Of a stretch of 64,000 bases of DNA, positions 54,938-62,967 are shown piece after piece. A program made the translations under genes and the position numbers. Where the stretch lies: contig CAVWTG010000005.1 in NCBI GenBank assembly GCA_963757705.1, forward strand, positions 9,149 through 73,148, written 5' to 3'. Within the stretch, counting starts at the first letter, position 1; each line of letters opens with the position of its first letter. The notes under the pieces were generated by a model. The model was not told where the DNA came from and ran no database searches. It saw only the letters and a list, made by a program, of their open reading frames with translations. This stretch comes from an uncultured Actinomycetes bacterium. Lineage in GTDB: Bacteria > Actinomycetota > Thermoleophilia > Solirubrobacterales > Solirubrobacteraceae.

Positions 54938-55845
54938 CGGGTCGCTCCCAGTCGTCGCATGACCCGCGACGGCCGGAGCAGGTCGAGCGCGAGGCGCCCC
55001 GCCGCGAGGCTCGTGTCCTGCCCTGACGCGCGCCGCGCCAGCGTCCCCAGGACGCGGCGCGGCACGTAGACCAACGCGAGGATCAGGTACAGGAGGTCGG
55101 CCCGCAGCGTGCCCTGGTGATGGCGGACGAACCGCCGCCCGCTCAGCCGCGCCACCGAGTCCATCGAGGCCCCGGCCTCGGGGGTGCCCGCTCCGCCGGG
55201 ATGCTCCACCGCCCAGTCGCGGTCGACGAGAATTCGCCCGCCCCGGCGCTGGTGGGCCAGGCACAGGTCGATGTCCTCGAAGTACAGGAAGATGTCGTCC
55301 GGGAAGCGCCCCGCGCGCTCGAAGTCCTCGCGCGAGATCGCCAGCGCCGAGCCCGAGATCCACTTCGCCCCCTCGGCCGCGCGCTCGTAGACCGGCGGGG
55401 AGAGGCGCCCGAGGATCATGTCCATCGCCTGCCAGCCCGCGCTCGGAACGTGGCGGAAGGCGTTGGGCAGGGGCGGCGAGACCGAGTGGTTCATGGCGCC
55501 GATCAGGTCGCCCTGCCGCCACGCTCCGCTCAGGGCGGTGGGCAGCGTGAGCATCCGCGTGTCGGGGTTGGCGAAGATCAGGATCGGCGCCGTCGTCACC
55601 GCCACCCCGGAGTTGCAGCTGCGCCCGAAGCCCCGGTTGGGCTCGAGCAGCAGGTGATCCACGCGGGGCGCGACCTCCTCGCGCAGCGAGCGGCGCTCGG
55701 CCAGGTCCGAGCCGCTGTCCACGACGCACAGCTCCAGGCGGTCGCGGGCCTCCAGCGCGTTGATCGTGGCCAGCCAGTCGGCCATCTGGGCCGATGAGTT
55801 GTAGGTGACCGTGATGACCGCCGCGAGCGGCGCGGTCTCAGGCAT
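54934..55845 (-). CDS. Glycosyltransferase family 2
   Basis: ORF-track 303 aa: AAVITVTYNSSAQMADWL...LCVVDSGSDL...GFGRSCNSG...IFANPDT...GSALAISREDF...FLYFEDIDLCLAHQRRG. Confidence 0.82.
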   Translation of the reverse strand: MPETAPLAAVITVTYNSSAQMADWLATINALEARDRLELCVVDSGSDLAERRSLREEVAPRVDHLLLEPNRGFGRSCNSGVAVTTAPILIFANPDTRMLTLPTALSGAWRQGDLIGAMNHSVSPPLPNAFRHVPSAGWQAMDMILGRLSPPVYERAAEGAKWISGSALAISREDFERAGRFPDDIFLYFEDIDLCLAHQRRGGRILVDRDWAVEHPGGAGTPEAGASMDSVARLSGRRFVRHHQGTLRADLLYLILALVYVPRRVLGTLARRASGQDTSLAAGRLALDLLRPSRVMRRLGATR

Positions 55846-57190
55846 CGTGCGGCCGCGGGACGATGAGCGCCGCCGCGGCGCCGACGAACAGGCCGAGCAG
55901 GACCGCCGAGGGTCCCGACTCGAGGATCGGCAGCGAGCCCCGCGACAGCAGGGCCATCGCCATCACGCCCGCGAGCATCACCCCGGCCGGGACCCGGGAT
56001 CGCAGTCCGCGGATCAGCCCCAGCCCCAGGACGATGAACTGGAGCGCCCCGCCCACGAAGCCGAGCGCCAGGAACGTGTTGGGGACGCCGAGGTCGGCCG
56101 TGAAGCCGGCGTCCAGCGTGGCCCGCGAGGCGCCGAGGCCCAGCGCCGACCACGACGGGCGCGTCTGCTCGAGCAGGGCCAGGCGGTAGCCGCCGGTGCC
56201 GCTGCCGAGCTTGAGCTCCTGGTAGGAGCTCCCGGCTCTGGCCCCGATCGGACTCGTCGCCACCGCCAGGGTGAGCAGGAGCAGCGAGGCGAGAATGAGC
56301 AGGCGCGACAAGTTGCCCACGTTGCGAAACGTCCAGCCCAGGATCACCAGGATGCCTCCGCCGACGGCGAAGTAGAACGCGCGCGAGCCGCCGAAGATCA
56401 CGACGATCGCGCCCAGCGCGATGACCGGCGCCGCCCAGATCGTCGGGCGGTAGACCAGCCAGGCCAGGGCGCCGAGGACCATCACGCCGGCCACCGTCTC
56501 GCCGGCCGCGTAGAGCCGGCTCGCGCCGAGGACGCCGTCGGCCTGCTGCGTGGAGCCGACGAGCGAGACGCAGCCCGAGCACGCCTGGGTGGAGGCGGCG
56601 ATCCACAGGATCGCCCAGGCGACGAACACAACGGCGACGGCGGGCAGCGCCCGGCGCAGTCCCACGGTCGCCGAGTCGTGGGAGAGCCAGAGCCAGACGA
56701 TCGGCGGTACGACGGCGAAGGCGCACACGTTGGCGGTCAGCGACGGGATCGACAGCGGCGACGACGCCGCCATGCGCTCGAGCGTGTAGGCGAGCAGGAC
56801 GCCGATGAACATCAGCAGCAGCGACGGCTGCAGCGACCACGAGGCCGAGCGGGAGATCGAGCGTGTGATGTAGGTGGCGGCCATCAGCCCGGTGGCGCCG
56901 CCGGCGGCGATCAGCCAGATCGGGAGGCCGGCCGCCGTGTCCTCGGTGTTGACGAACGGGAACACGCCGACCGCCGCCATGAGCAGGAAGGAGATGCACA
57001 TCTCCGGCCCCAGCAGGGCCAGGAGCACCGGCGAGAGCGCGATGCCGGCGAACACCAGCTGGTAGGACGGCAGGGACAGTCCGGCGCCGGCCACGACGCC
57101 GATCACCACCGCGGCTCCAACGACCAGCCCGCCGGGCCGGAACGATGCCGCGCCCGTGCGGCGGCCGAGCATCGCTCCAAGCGCAGCCAT
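55838..57190 (-). CDS. Wzy-like O-antigen polymerase (polytopic membrane protein)
   Basis: Track ORF 55838..57274. The likely start is MAALGAMLG (57190). It has more than 10 hydrophobic spans and a periplasmic-loop-like segment (GSRAFYFAVGGGILVILGW). It sits between GT genes in a Wzx/Wzy-type locus. Confidence 0.6.
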   Translation of the reverse strand: MAALGAMLGRRTGAASFRPGGLVVGAAVVIGVVAGAGLSLPSYQLVFAGIALSPVLLALLGPEMCISFLLMAAVGVFPFVNTEDTAAGLPIWLIAAGGATGLMAATYITRSISRSASWSLQPSLLLMFIGVLLAYTLERMAASSPLSIPSLTANVCAFAVVPPIVWLWLSHDSATVGLRRALPAVAVVFVAWAILWIAASTQACSGCVSLVGSTQQADGVLGASRLYAAGETVAGVMVLGALAWLVYRPTIWAAPVIALGAIVVIFGGSRAFYFAVGGGILVILGWTFRNVGNLSRLLILASLLLLTLAVATSPIGARAGSSYQELKLGSGTGGYRLALLEQTRPSWSALGLGASRATLDAGFTADLGVPNTFLALGFVGGALQFIVLGLGLIRGLRSRVPAGVMLAGVMAMALLSRGSLPILESGPSAVLLGLFVGAAAALIVPRPHDA

Positions 57191-57212
57191 CGGCTGACAC
57201 GATACCGCTCGC

Positions 57213-58313
57213 ATGGGACCCCTCGGACCCGAGATCGCGCACGTCAGCCCGGACGCCACGGGGCAGGGCGGCATCGCCGCCGTGCTGCGCGGCGTGGCCG
57301 AGTCCCCGCTGGCGCAGCGCTACCGCCTGCGCTTCATCACGACCTACCGCCACGGCGACGGGAGGACGCGGCGCCTGACCCGCTTCGCCGGCGCGCTGGC
57401 GGCGCTGGCGGCCTTCTGCCTGGGCCGCGGGCCGCGTCTCGTCCACCTGCATGCCGGCACGCGCGGCAGCTGGTATCGCAAGTGCACGGCGCTGTCGATG
57501 GTGCGCCTCCTGCGCCGGCCGGTCGTCATCCAGGTGCACTCCGGTCCGGGCGACATCGAGGAGACCTGGGCCGAGTTCGGGCCGCTGCGCCGGCGGGCGC
57601 TCGCCGGCGCGTTCGCGCGCGCCGACCGCGTGCTGGCGGTGTCGCGCGCCAGCGCCGCGGCGCTGCGGGGCGTCCTCGGACTCGACGACGTGCTGGTCGT
57701 CCCCAACGCGGCCCCGCTCCCGCCCGCCCGGCGCCGCCCGCCGGACGGCGGGTCGCCGGGCCCGGCCCGCGTCGTCTACCTGGGCGGGTTCGAGAACCCC
57801 GGCAAGGGCTACGAGACGCTGTTCGAGGCCCTACCCGCGATCCTCGCCGCCGACGGCGGCTGTGAGGTCGTGCTGGCCGGCCCGGGCGAGCCGCCCGCCG
57901 GCGCCGGCGCGCTGCCGCCCGACCGGGTCCGCAGCCTCGGGTGGCTGGGCGAGGAGCGCAAGGGCGAGCTGCTGGGCGACCCGCGAGCGATCTTCGTGCT
58001 GCCCTCCACCTCGGAGGGCCTGCCGATGGCCCTGCTGGAGGCGATGGCGCACGGGACGGCCATCGTGGCCACGACGGTCGGCGGCATCCCCGACACGCTC
58101 ACCGACCGCGTCGACGCCCGCCTCGTGGCGCCCGGGCAGGCGGGCCCGCTGGCCGAGGCGATCGTCGAGCTGGCGGCCTCGCCTGCGGAGCGCCGGCGGC
58201 TCGGGGAGGCGGCTCGCGAGCGCGTCGAGCGCCTCGACCGCGACGAGGTCTTCGAGCGCCTCGCGGCGCTCTACGACACCCTGCTGGGCAGGACTGTCGG
58301 TGGGGAGGAATAA
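57213..58313 (+). CDS. Glycosyltransferase family 4
   Basis: ORF-track 366 aa: VVYLGGFENPGKGYETLFEAL...IFVLPSTSEGLPMALLEAMAHGTAIVATTVGGIPD. Confidence 0.85.
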   Translation: MGPLGPEIAHVSPDATGQGGIAAVLRGVAESPLAQRYRLRFITTYRHGDGRTRRLTRFAGALAALAAFCLGRGPRLVHLHAGTRGSWYRKCTALSMVRLLRRPVVIQVHSGPGDIEETWAEFGPLRRRALAGAFARADRVLAVSRASAAALRGVLGLDDVLVVPNAAPLPPARRRPPDGGSPGPARVVYLGGFENPGKGYETLFEALPAILAADGGCEVVLAGPGEPPAGAGALPPDRVRSLGWLGEERKGELLGDPRAIFVLPSTSEGLPMALLEAMAHGTAIVATTVGGIPDTLTDRVDARLVAPGQAGPLAEAIVELAASPAERRRLGEAARERVERLDRDEVFERLAALYDTLLGRTVGGEE

Positions 58314-58340
58314 TCTGTTGCGCGTGACCTGGGTCCGGGC

Positions 58341-59876
58341 ATGAACGAGGAGAGCCGCCTGGAGGGCGTCTTCCGGATCCTGCGCGAGCGCTGGTGGGTG
58401 ATTCTCCTCGCGGTCATCGTCACCACCGGTGCCGCCGCCGCCTTCGCCGCCACCCGCGAGAAGCGCTACACGGCGACCGCCACCCTGTTCTTCCGGGACA
58501 CCACCGGCAACCTGCTCGACCAGCAGCAGAGCGGCACGACCGACCCGGCCCGCCAGGCGGCCACGAACTTCAAGCTGGTCTCGCTGGGAATCGTGGGCCA
58601 GCGCACGGCCCGGACGCTGGGCGTGCCGCTGTCCCAGGTCACGGGCAGCGTGAAGGTCAGCTCCAGCGGCCAGACCGACCTGGTCAACGTGGCCGCGGAG
58701 ACGACGAGCCCAACCCGGTCGGCGCGGATCGCCAACGCCTATGCGCGCAGCTACATCGACTTCCGCCGCGCCGCCGACCAGAAGCAGCTCTCCAGCGCGA
58801 TCGACCAGCTGCAGCGAAGCCTCGACGCGCTGCCGCCCGAGCAGCAGAACGGCTCGGAGGGCGAGCGCCTGCGCGACCGCATCGACCAGCTCACCGTGGC
58901 GCGCGCGCTCACGACCGGCAACGCCGAGCTCGCGCAGCCCGCCACCGCGCCGCACTCCCCCTCCTATCCCAAGGTGGCCACGATCATCGTCCTCGGGGCC
59001 ATCGTGGGCATCGCCCTGGGCCTCGCGCTCGCGGTGCTCCTGGCCCGCCTGGACCGCACGGTGCGCGATCCCGAGGAGCTCCAGGCGATCTTCCGCCTGC
59101 CCGTCATCGGCACCATCCCGCGCAGCCGCCAGCTGAGATCGGGCACCGGGGACGTGGCGCCCCTGGGGCCACGCGAGGAGGAGGCGTTCAAGGAGCTGCG
59201 CGCCTACCTGCGCATCCTCGACTCCGAGCGCTCGATCTCCCCGCTGCTCGTGGTCAGCGCCCTGCCCCAGGAGGGCAAGTCGACCATCACGATGCGCCTG
59301 GCCGAGGTCATGGCGTCGATGGGCGACCGGGTCATCCTGGTCGAGGCCGACCTGCGCAAGCCCACGCAGCTCAAGGACATCGCCGAGAAGGCCGGCCACG
59401 GCCTCTCCGCAGTCCTGGCCGAGGGGCGGCTGGACAGCGAGATCGCCCACGTCGCGGTGACCGGCCAGGGGGGCGAGCCGCGCACGCTCGACGTCCTGCC
59501 GGCCGGCCCGACCCCGCCCAACCCGACCGAGCTGCTGGAGAGCCGGCGCATGCGCCAGGTGCTCGACGACCTGGCCGAGCGCTACGACATCGTCCTCGTC
59601 GACACGCCGGCGCTCACGGTCGTCTCCGACGCCCTGGCGCTCGTTGCCGAGGACTCGGCGATCGTCGTCGTCGCGGCCATCGGGCAGAGCTCGCGCGCCT
59701 CGGTCGACCAGCTGGCGCGCCAGATCGACCTGCTGCGCGGCCACAAGATCGGGATCATCGCCAACATGGCCACCAGCGGGTCGCGGACGTACCACGACTA
59801 CTACTACGGCGTCCGCGAGCCGGAAGCCGACGGGCGCCGCCGCAGCCTGCTGGGCATCGGCGGACGCCGCCGCTAG
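58341..59876 (+). CDS. Polysaccharide co-polymerase fused to bacterial tyrosine autokinase (Wzc-like, PCP-2)
   Basis: ORF-track 511 aa with two TM spans flanking a helical domain. Motifs are Walker A (VSALPQEGKSTI), Walker A' (VILVEADLRKP) and Walker B (IVLVDTPAL). A C-terminal Tyr cluster YHDYYYG is present. Confidence 0.9.
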   Translation: MNEESRLEGVFRILRERWWVILLAVIVTTGAAAAFAATREKRYTATATLFFRDTTGNLLDQQQSGTTDPARQAATNFKLVSLGIVGQRTARTLGVPLSQVTGSVKVSSSGQTDLVNVAAETTSPTRSARIANAYARSYIDFRRAADQKQLSSAIDQLQRSLDALPPEQQNGSEGERLRDRIDQLTVARALTTGNAELAQPATAPHSPSYPKVATIIVLGAIVGIALGLALAVLLARLDRTVRDPEELQAIFRLPVIGTIPRSRQLRSGTGDVAPLGPREEEAFKELRAYLRILDSERSISPLLVVSALPQEGKSTITMRLAEVMASMGDRVILVEADLRKPTQLKDIAEKAGHGLSAVLAEGRLDSEIAHVAVTGQGGEPRTLDVLPAGPTPPNPTELLESRRMRQVLDDLAERYDIVLVDTPALTVVSDALALVAEDSAIVVVAAIGQSSRASVDQLARQIDLLRGHKIGIIANMATSGSRTYHDYYYGVREPEADGRRRSLLGIGGRRR

Positions 59877-60060
59877 CCGGTCGGGCACCGCCCGGAGCCG
59901 CGCCCGCCGCGCGAAAACCCTCCTCAAAGCTCCCCTGGGAAGCTCCGGAAACCCGGCCCGTACAAACGTCCAAATTCGGGGGTTCCGTGCCGTCGTACAA
60001 CGGTCCAGACGGGGACGCGATCCGCCAGTAGACACCCCGCGGCACCCGATCGGGGGAGCG

Positions 60061-61402
60061 ATGAAGATCATTCGCCCCCTCACCTCTCTCCTCCTCGCCG
60101 CTCTCCTCCTCGTCGCCCTTCCCTCCGCCTCCGGCGCTCGCGTCACCGCCCGCACCGCCGTCATCTGCACCAAGGCCCGCACGGCCCAGATGATCCGCCA
60201 GCAGACCCGCAAGGCCCGCACCGCCAAGGCCCGGGCCCGTCTGCGCAAGGCCGCCATCGCGCGCATCGCTCGCGTCTGCGCCACCACCAAGACTTCGAAG
60301 ACCTCGGCCAAGCGCAAGCCGGCCCCCAAGCCCACGCCGACGCCGACCCTCACGCCGACGCCGACCACGTCAACTCCGGCCCTGACCCCCGCGCCGACGC
60401 CCACGACGACGACACCGACCCACGACACCGACCACCACGACACCGACCACCACGACGCCGGCACCCGCTCCGACCCCCACGCCGGACCCGACTCCGACTC
60501 CGACTCCGGACCCGACGCCCACCCCCACCCCGACTCCCACGCCCGACCCCACCCCGACGCCGGCCCCCGCTCCCGCCCCCACCTACACCTGGAACTTCGA
60601 GGGCACGACCAACTTCGCCGGCTGCATCGAGCGCAGCATCATCTGCACCGGGCTCGAGGGCTGGGACGTGCCGCAATGGCCCGAGATGCAGAACGGCCAG
60701 ACCAAGGCCGTCGATCCCGCCGCCTACGGCGTCCCCGCGCGGCCGGGCGGCACCAACAACCACGTCCTGCGCGCGGCCGTCACCGCCGCCCAGCGCGACG
60801 CCGGCCACTATGCCGCCTACCTCTACAAGGTCTGGGCGGTCGCCGCTCCGGAGACCAGTTGGGAGAACGAGTTCACCCACCAGCCCTACGAGCGCATGAC
60901 CAAGGGCCAGGAGGCCGGGACCTACCGCGCCTGGTACTACCTGCCTGAGTCCACCCGCACCACGCTCCAGCACAACAGCGACGCCACCCACGGCTGGGTC
61001 AACATCATGCAGTTCAAGTACTCCAGCCCCAACATGGACGGCCCCGGCCGCTGGAACCAGCCCCCGCAGTGGTGGGTCAACATCCGCAACAACGACCCCA
61101 ACCGGATCACGTTCGTGGTCAGCCACTGGAACAACCCGGCCTGGGGCGAGCGCCTCGGCCAGGCCCGCCAGCCGCTGGTGCCCTTCGGCCGCTGGTTCGA
61201 GCTGCGCGCCGACGTGCACCCGAACAACCGCATCGAGTTCTACCTCGACGGCCAGCTCTTCGAGACCGGCTACCAGAGCGACTACCAGGTCGGCCTGCGC
61301 TCCGGCGACTCGAGCTGGATCTTCTCGCCCGGCTACTACCTGAACACGGGCGAGGAGTTCATCGACGACGTCAGCTTCGACCGCAAGCCGGCCGACTGGT
61401 AG
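60061..61402 (+). pseudogene. Concanavalin-like (polysaccharide-lyase-like) protein, paralog A; one frameshift in the Pro/Thr linker
   Basis: ATG 60061 gives MKIIRPLTSLLLAALLLVALPSASG, followed by a basic Cys-bounded block and a PT linker. An extra C near 60420 changes the frame (track ORF 59644..60948 then reads HDTDHHDTDHH junk). The conserved domain TYTWNFEGTT...GWDVPQWPEMQNGQT...GWVNIMQFK...WWVNIRNNDPNRITF...FGRWFELRADV...EFYLDGQLFETG continues in the frame of track ORF 60668..61402. Confidence 0.65.
60340..60585 (+). repeat. Pro/Thr(/Asp)-rich linker encoded by short ACC/ACG/CCG/GAC repeats
   Basis: Read directly from the sequence. Units such as ACGACACCGACC and CCGACTCCGACTCCGACTCCGGACCCGACG recur, and the region is coding low-complexity sequence. 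Confidence 0.7.
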
Positions 61403-61427
61403 CCCGCCCACCGCGCCGCCCCGGGCA

Positions 61428-61448
61428 GCCGGCGCACCTCGCGCCGGC
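61428..61448 (+). terminator. GC hairpin after paralog A (GCCGGCGC-ACCTC-GCGCCGGC)
   Basis: An 8-bp perfect stem with a 5-nt loop lies 26 nt after the stop at 61402. No T-tract follows, so terminator function is uncertain. Confidence 0.3.
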
Positions 61449-61495
61449 GCCTGTGATCATGGGACCTCGCCGGATGGCCTCGGCAGGGGAAACCG

Positions 61496-62875
61496 ATGTC
61501 GCTCAGGGGAACACTTCTCGCGGTCTCGCTCGTAGGCGCGCTGGCTCTCGCGCCGGCTTCGGCCCGCGCTGACGAGACCCGCGACTGCGGGCTGGGCGAC
61601 GCCATCGCCGTCTCCGGCCCGACCTGGCCGGCGGGCGCGAACGGATCGGCCCGCCTGATCGTGCGCGCCACGGCCCACGACAGCTCGATCGTCGTCCTGG
61701 GCACGACGGTCTCCTCGCCCGACGGTGGCTCGACCGGGCAGCCCCACGACTTCGGCTCGGGCGGCGGCTCGGCCTTCACCCAGCACGACGTCGCGCCGGG
61801 CAAGACGTACCAGATCGACGTCTCGGCGATCTTCGGCCTGCACGGATGCGGACAGACCTTCACCGTCACGGTGCCCTCCGGCCCGCCGCCGCCTCCCCCG
61901 CCGCCGCCTCCCGGGGCCGACCACGCCACCTACACCTGGAGCTTCGAGTCGGGCGCCAACCTCCCCGGCTGCGTCGCGCGCGGCATCGCCTGCCCCGGCC
62001 TCCAGGGCTGGGACGTGCCGCAGTGGCCCGAGATGCGAAACGGCCAGACCCGCGCCGTGCGCCCCGAGGACTACGGCGTCCCCCGCCGGCCGGGCGGCTC
62101 GGGCGACCGGGTCCTGCGCGCCTCGGTGAACTCCGACCAGCGCGATTCCGGCGCCTACGCCGCCTATCTGTACAAGGTGTGGGCGGTGGGCGCGCCCGAG
62201 ACGAGCTGGAGCAGCGACCTCACGCAGGGCCCGCTCGAGCGCATCCGCCCCGGGCAGGAGGGCGGGACCTACCGCGCCTGGTACTACCTCCCGGAGTCCA
62301 CGCGCCAGACGCTGCAGTCCAACAACGACTCCTCGCACGGCTGGGTCAACATCTTCCAGTTCAAGCACTCCAACCCGAACATGAAGGGGCCGGGGCACTG
62401 GGACCAGCCGCCGCAGTGGTGGGTCAACATCCGCAACAACGACCCCAACCGCATCACGCTCGCGGTCAGCCACTGGGGAGATCCCGCGTGGGGGGAGAAG
62501 CGGGGCAACATGCCGGCGGTCCCGTTCGGACGCTGGTTCGAGCTGCGCGCCGACGTCTATCCCGGCGACCACATCGATTTCTTCCTCGACGGAAAGCGCT
62601 TCGAGACGGGCCGCCAGCGCGACCACCAGGTGGGGCTGGGCCCCGGCGACTCGAGCTGGATCTTCTCGCCCGGCTACTACCTGAACACCGGCACGGCCTT
62701 CATCGACGACGTCACGTTCACCCGCCCCGGCGCGACGGCGGCCACCCGGCGCAAGGCCAAGCGCAAGCTCGTGCGCAAGCGGGTGTGCCGGCGCGTCAAG
62801 CGCAGGACGCGCTCGGGACGGATCCACCGCGTTCGCCGCTGCCACACGGTGCTCGTGCGCCGCCGCGTGCGCTGA
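61496..62875 (+). CDS. Secreted concanavalin-like (polysaccharide-lyase-like) protein, paralog B
   Basis: ORF-track 459 aa. It has a classical signal peptide (MSLRGTLLAVSLVGALALAPASARA), a beta-rich N-domain and a poly-Pro linker (PPPPPPPPPPP). The conserved domain is TYTWSFESG...GWVNIFQFK...WWVNIRNNDPNRITL...FGRWFELRADV. It ends in a basic Cys-containing tail (RRKAKRKLVRKRVCRRVKRRTRSGRIHRVRRC). Confidence 0.7.
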   Translation: MSLRGTLLAVSLVGALALAPASARADETRDCGLGDAIAVSGPTWPAGANGSARLIVRATAHDSSIVVLGTTVSSPDGGSTGQPHDFGSGGGSAFTQHDVAPGKTYQIDVSAIFGLHGCGQTFTVTVPSGPPPPPPPPPPGADHATYTWSFESGANLPGCVARGIACPGLQGWDVPQWPEMRNGQTRAVRPEDYGVPRRPGGSGDRVLRASVNSDQRDSGAYAAYLYKVWAVGAPETSWSSDLTQGPLERIRPGQEGGTYRAWYYLPESTRQTLQSNNDSSHGWVNIFQFKHSNPNMKGPGHWDQPPQWWVNIRNNDPNRITLAVSHWGDPAWGEKRGNMPAVPFGRWFELRADVYPGDHIDFFLDGKRFETGRQRDHQVGLGPGDSSWIFSPGYYLNTGTAFIDDVTFTRPGATAATRRKAKRKLVRKRVCRRVKRRTRSGRIHRVRRCHTVLVRRRVR

Positions 62876-62967
62876 GAAAACCTCCTCAAAGCGGCCCCTA
62901 CGACAGGTGTCCAGGGTGTGGCGCCCACCTCACCGCGCCCTGAAAACGGGTCGATGCGGAGAGGGCG

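Noticed and set aside
57831-60464. 877-aa minus-strand ORF
   Set aside because: It is antisense to the GT4 gene (57213-58313) and to the Wzc-like kinase, whose Walker A/A'/B motifs and Tyr cluster make the + strand reading unambiguous.
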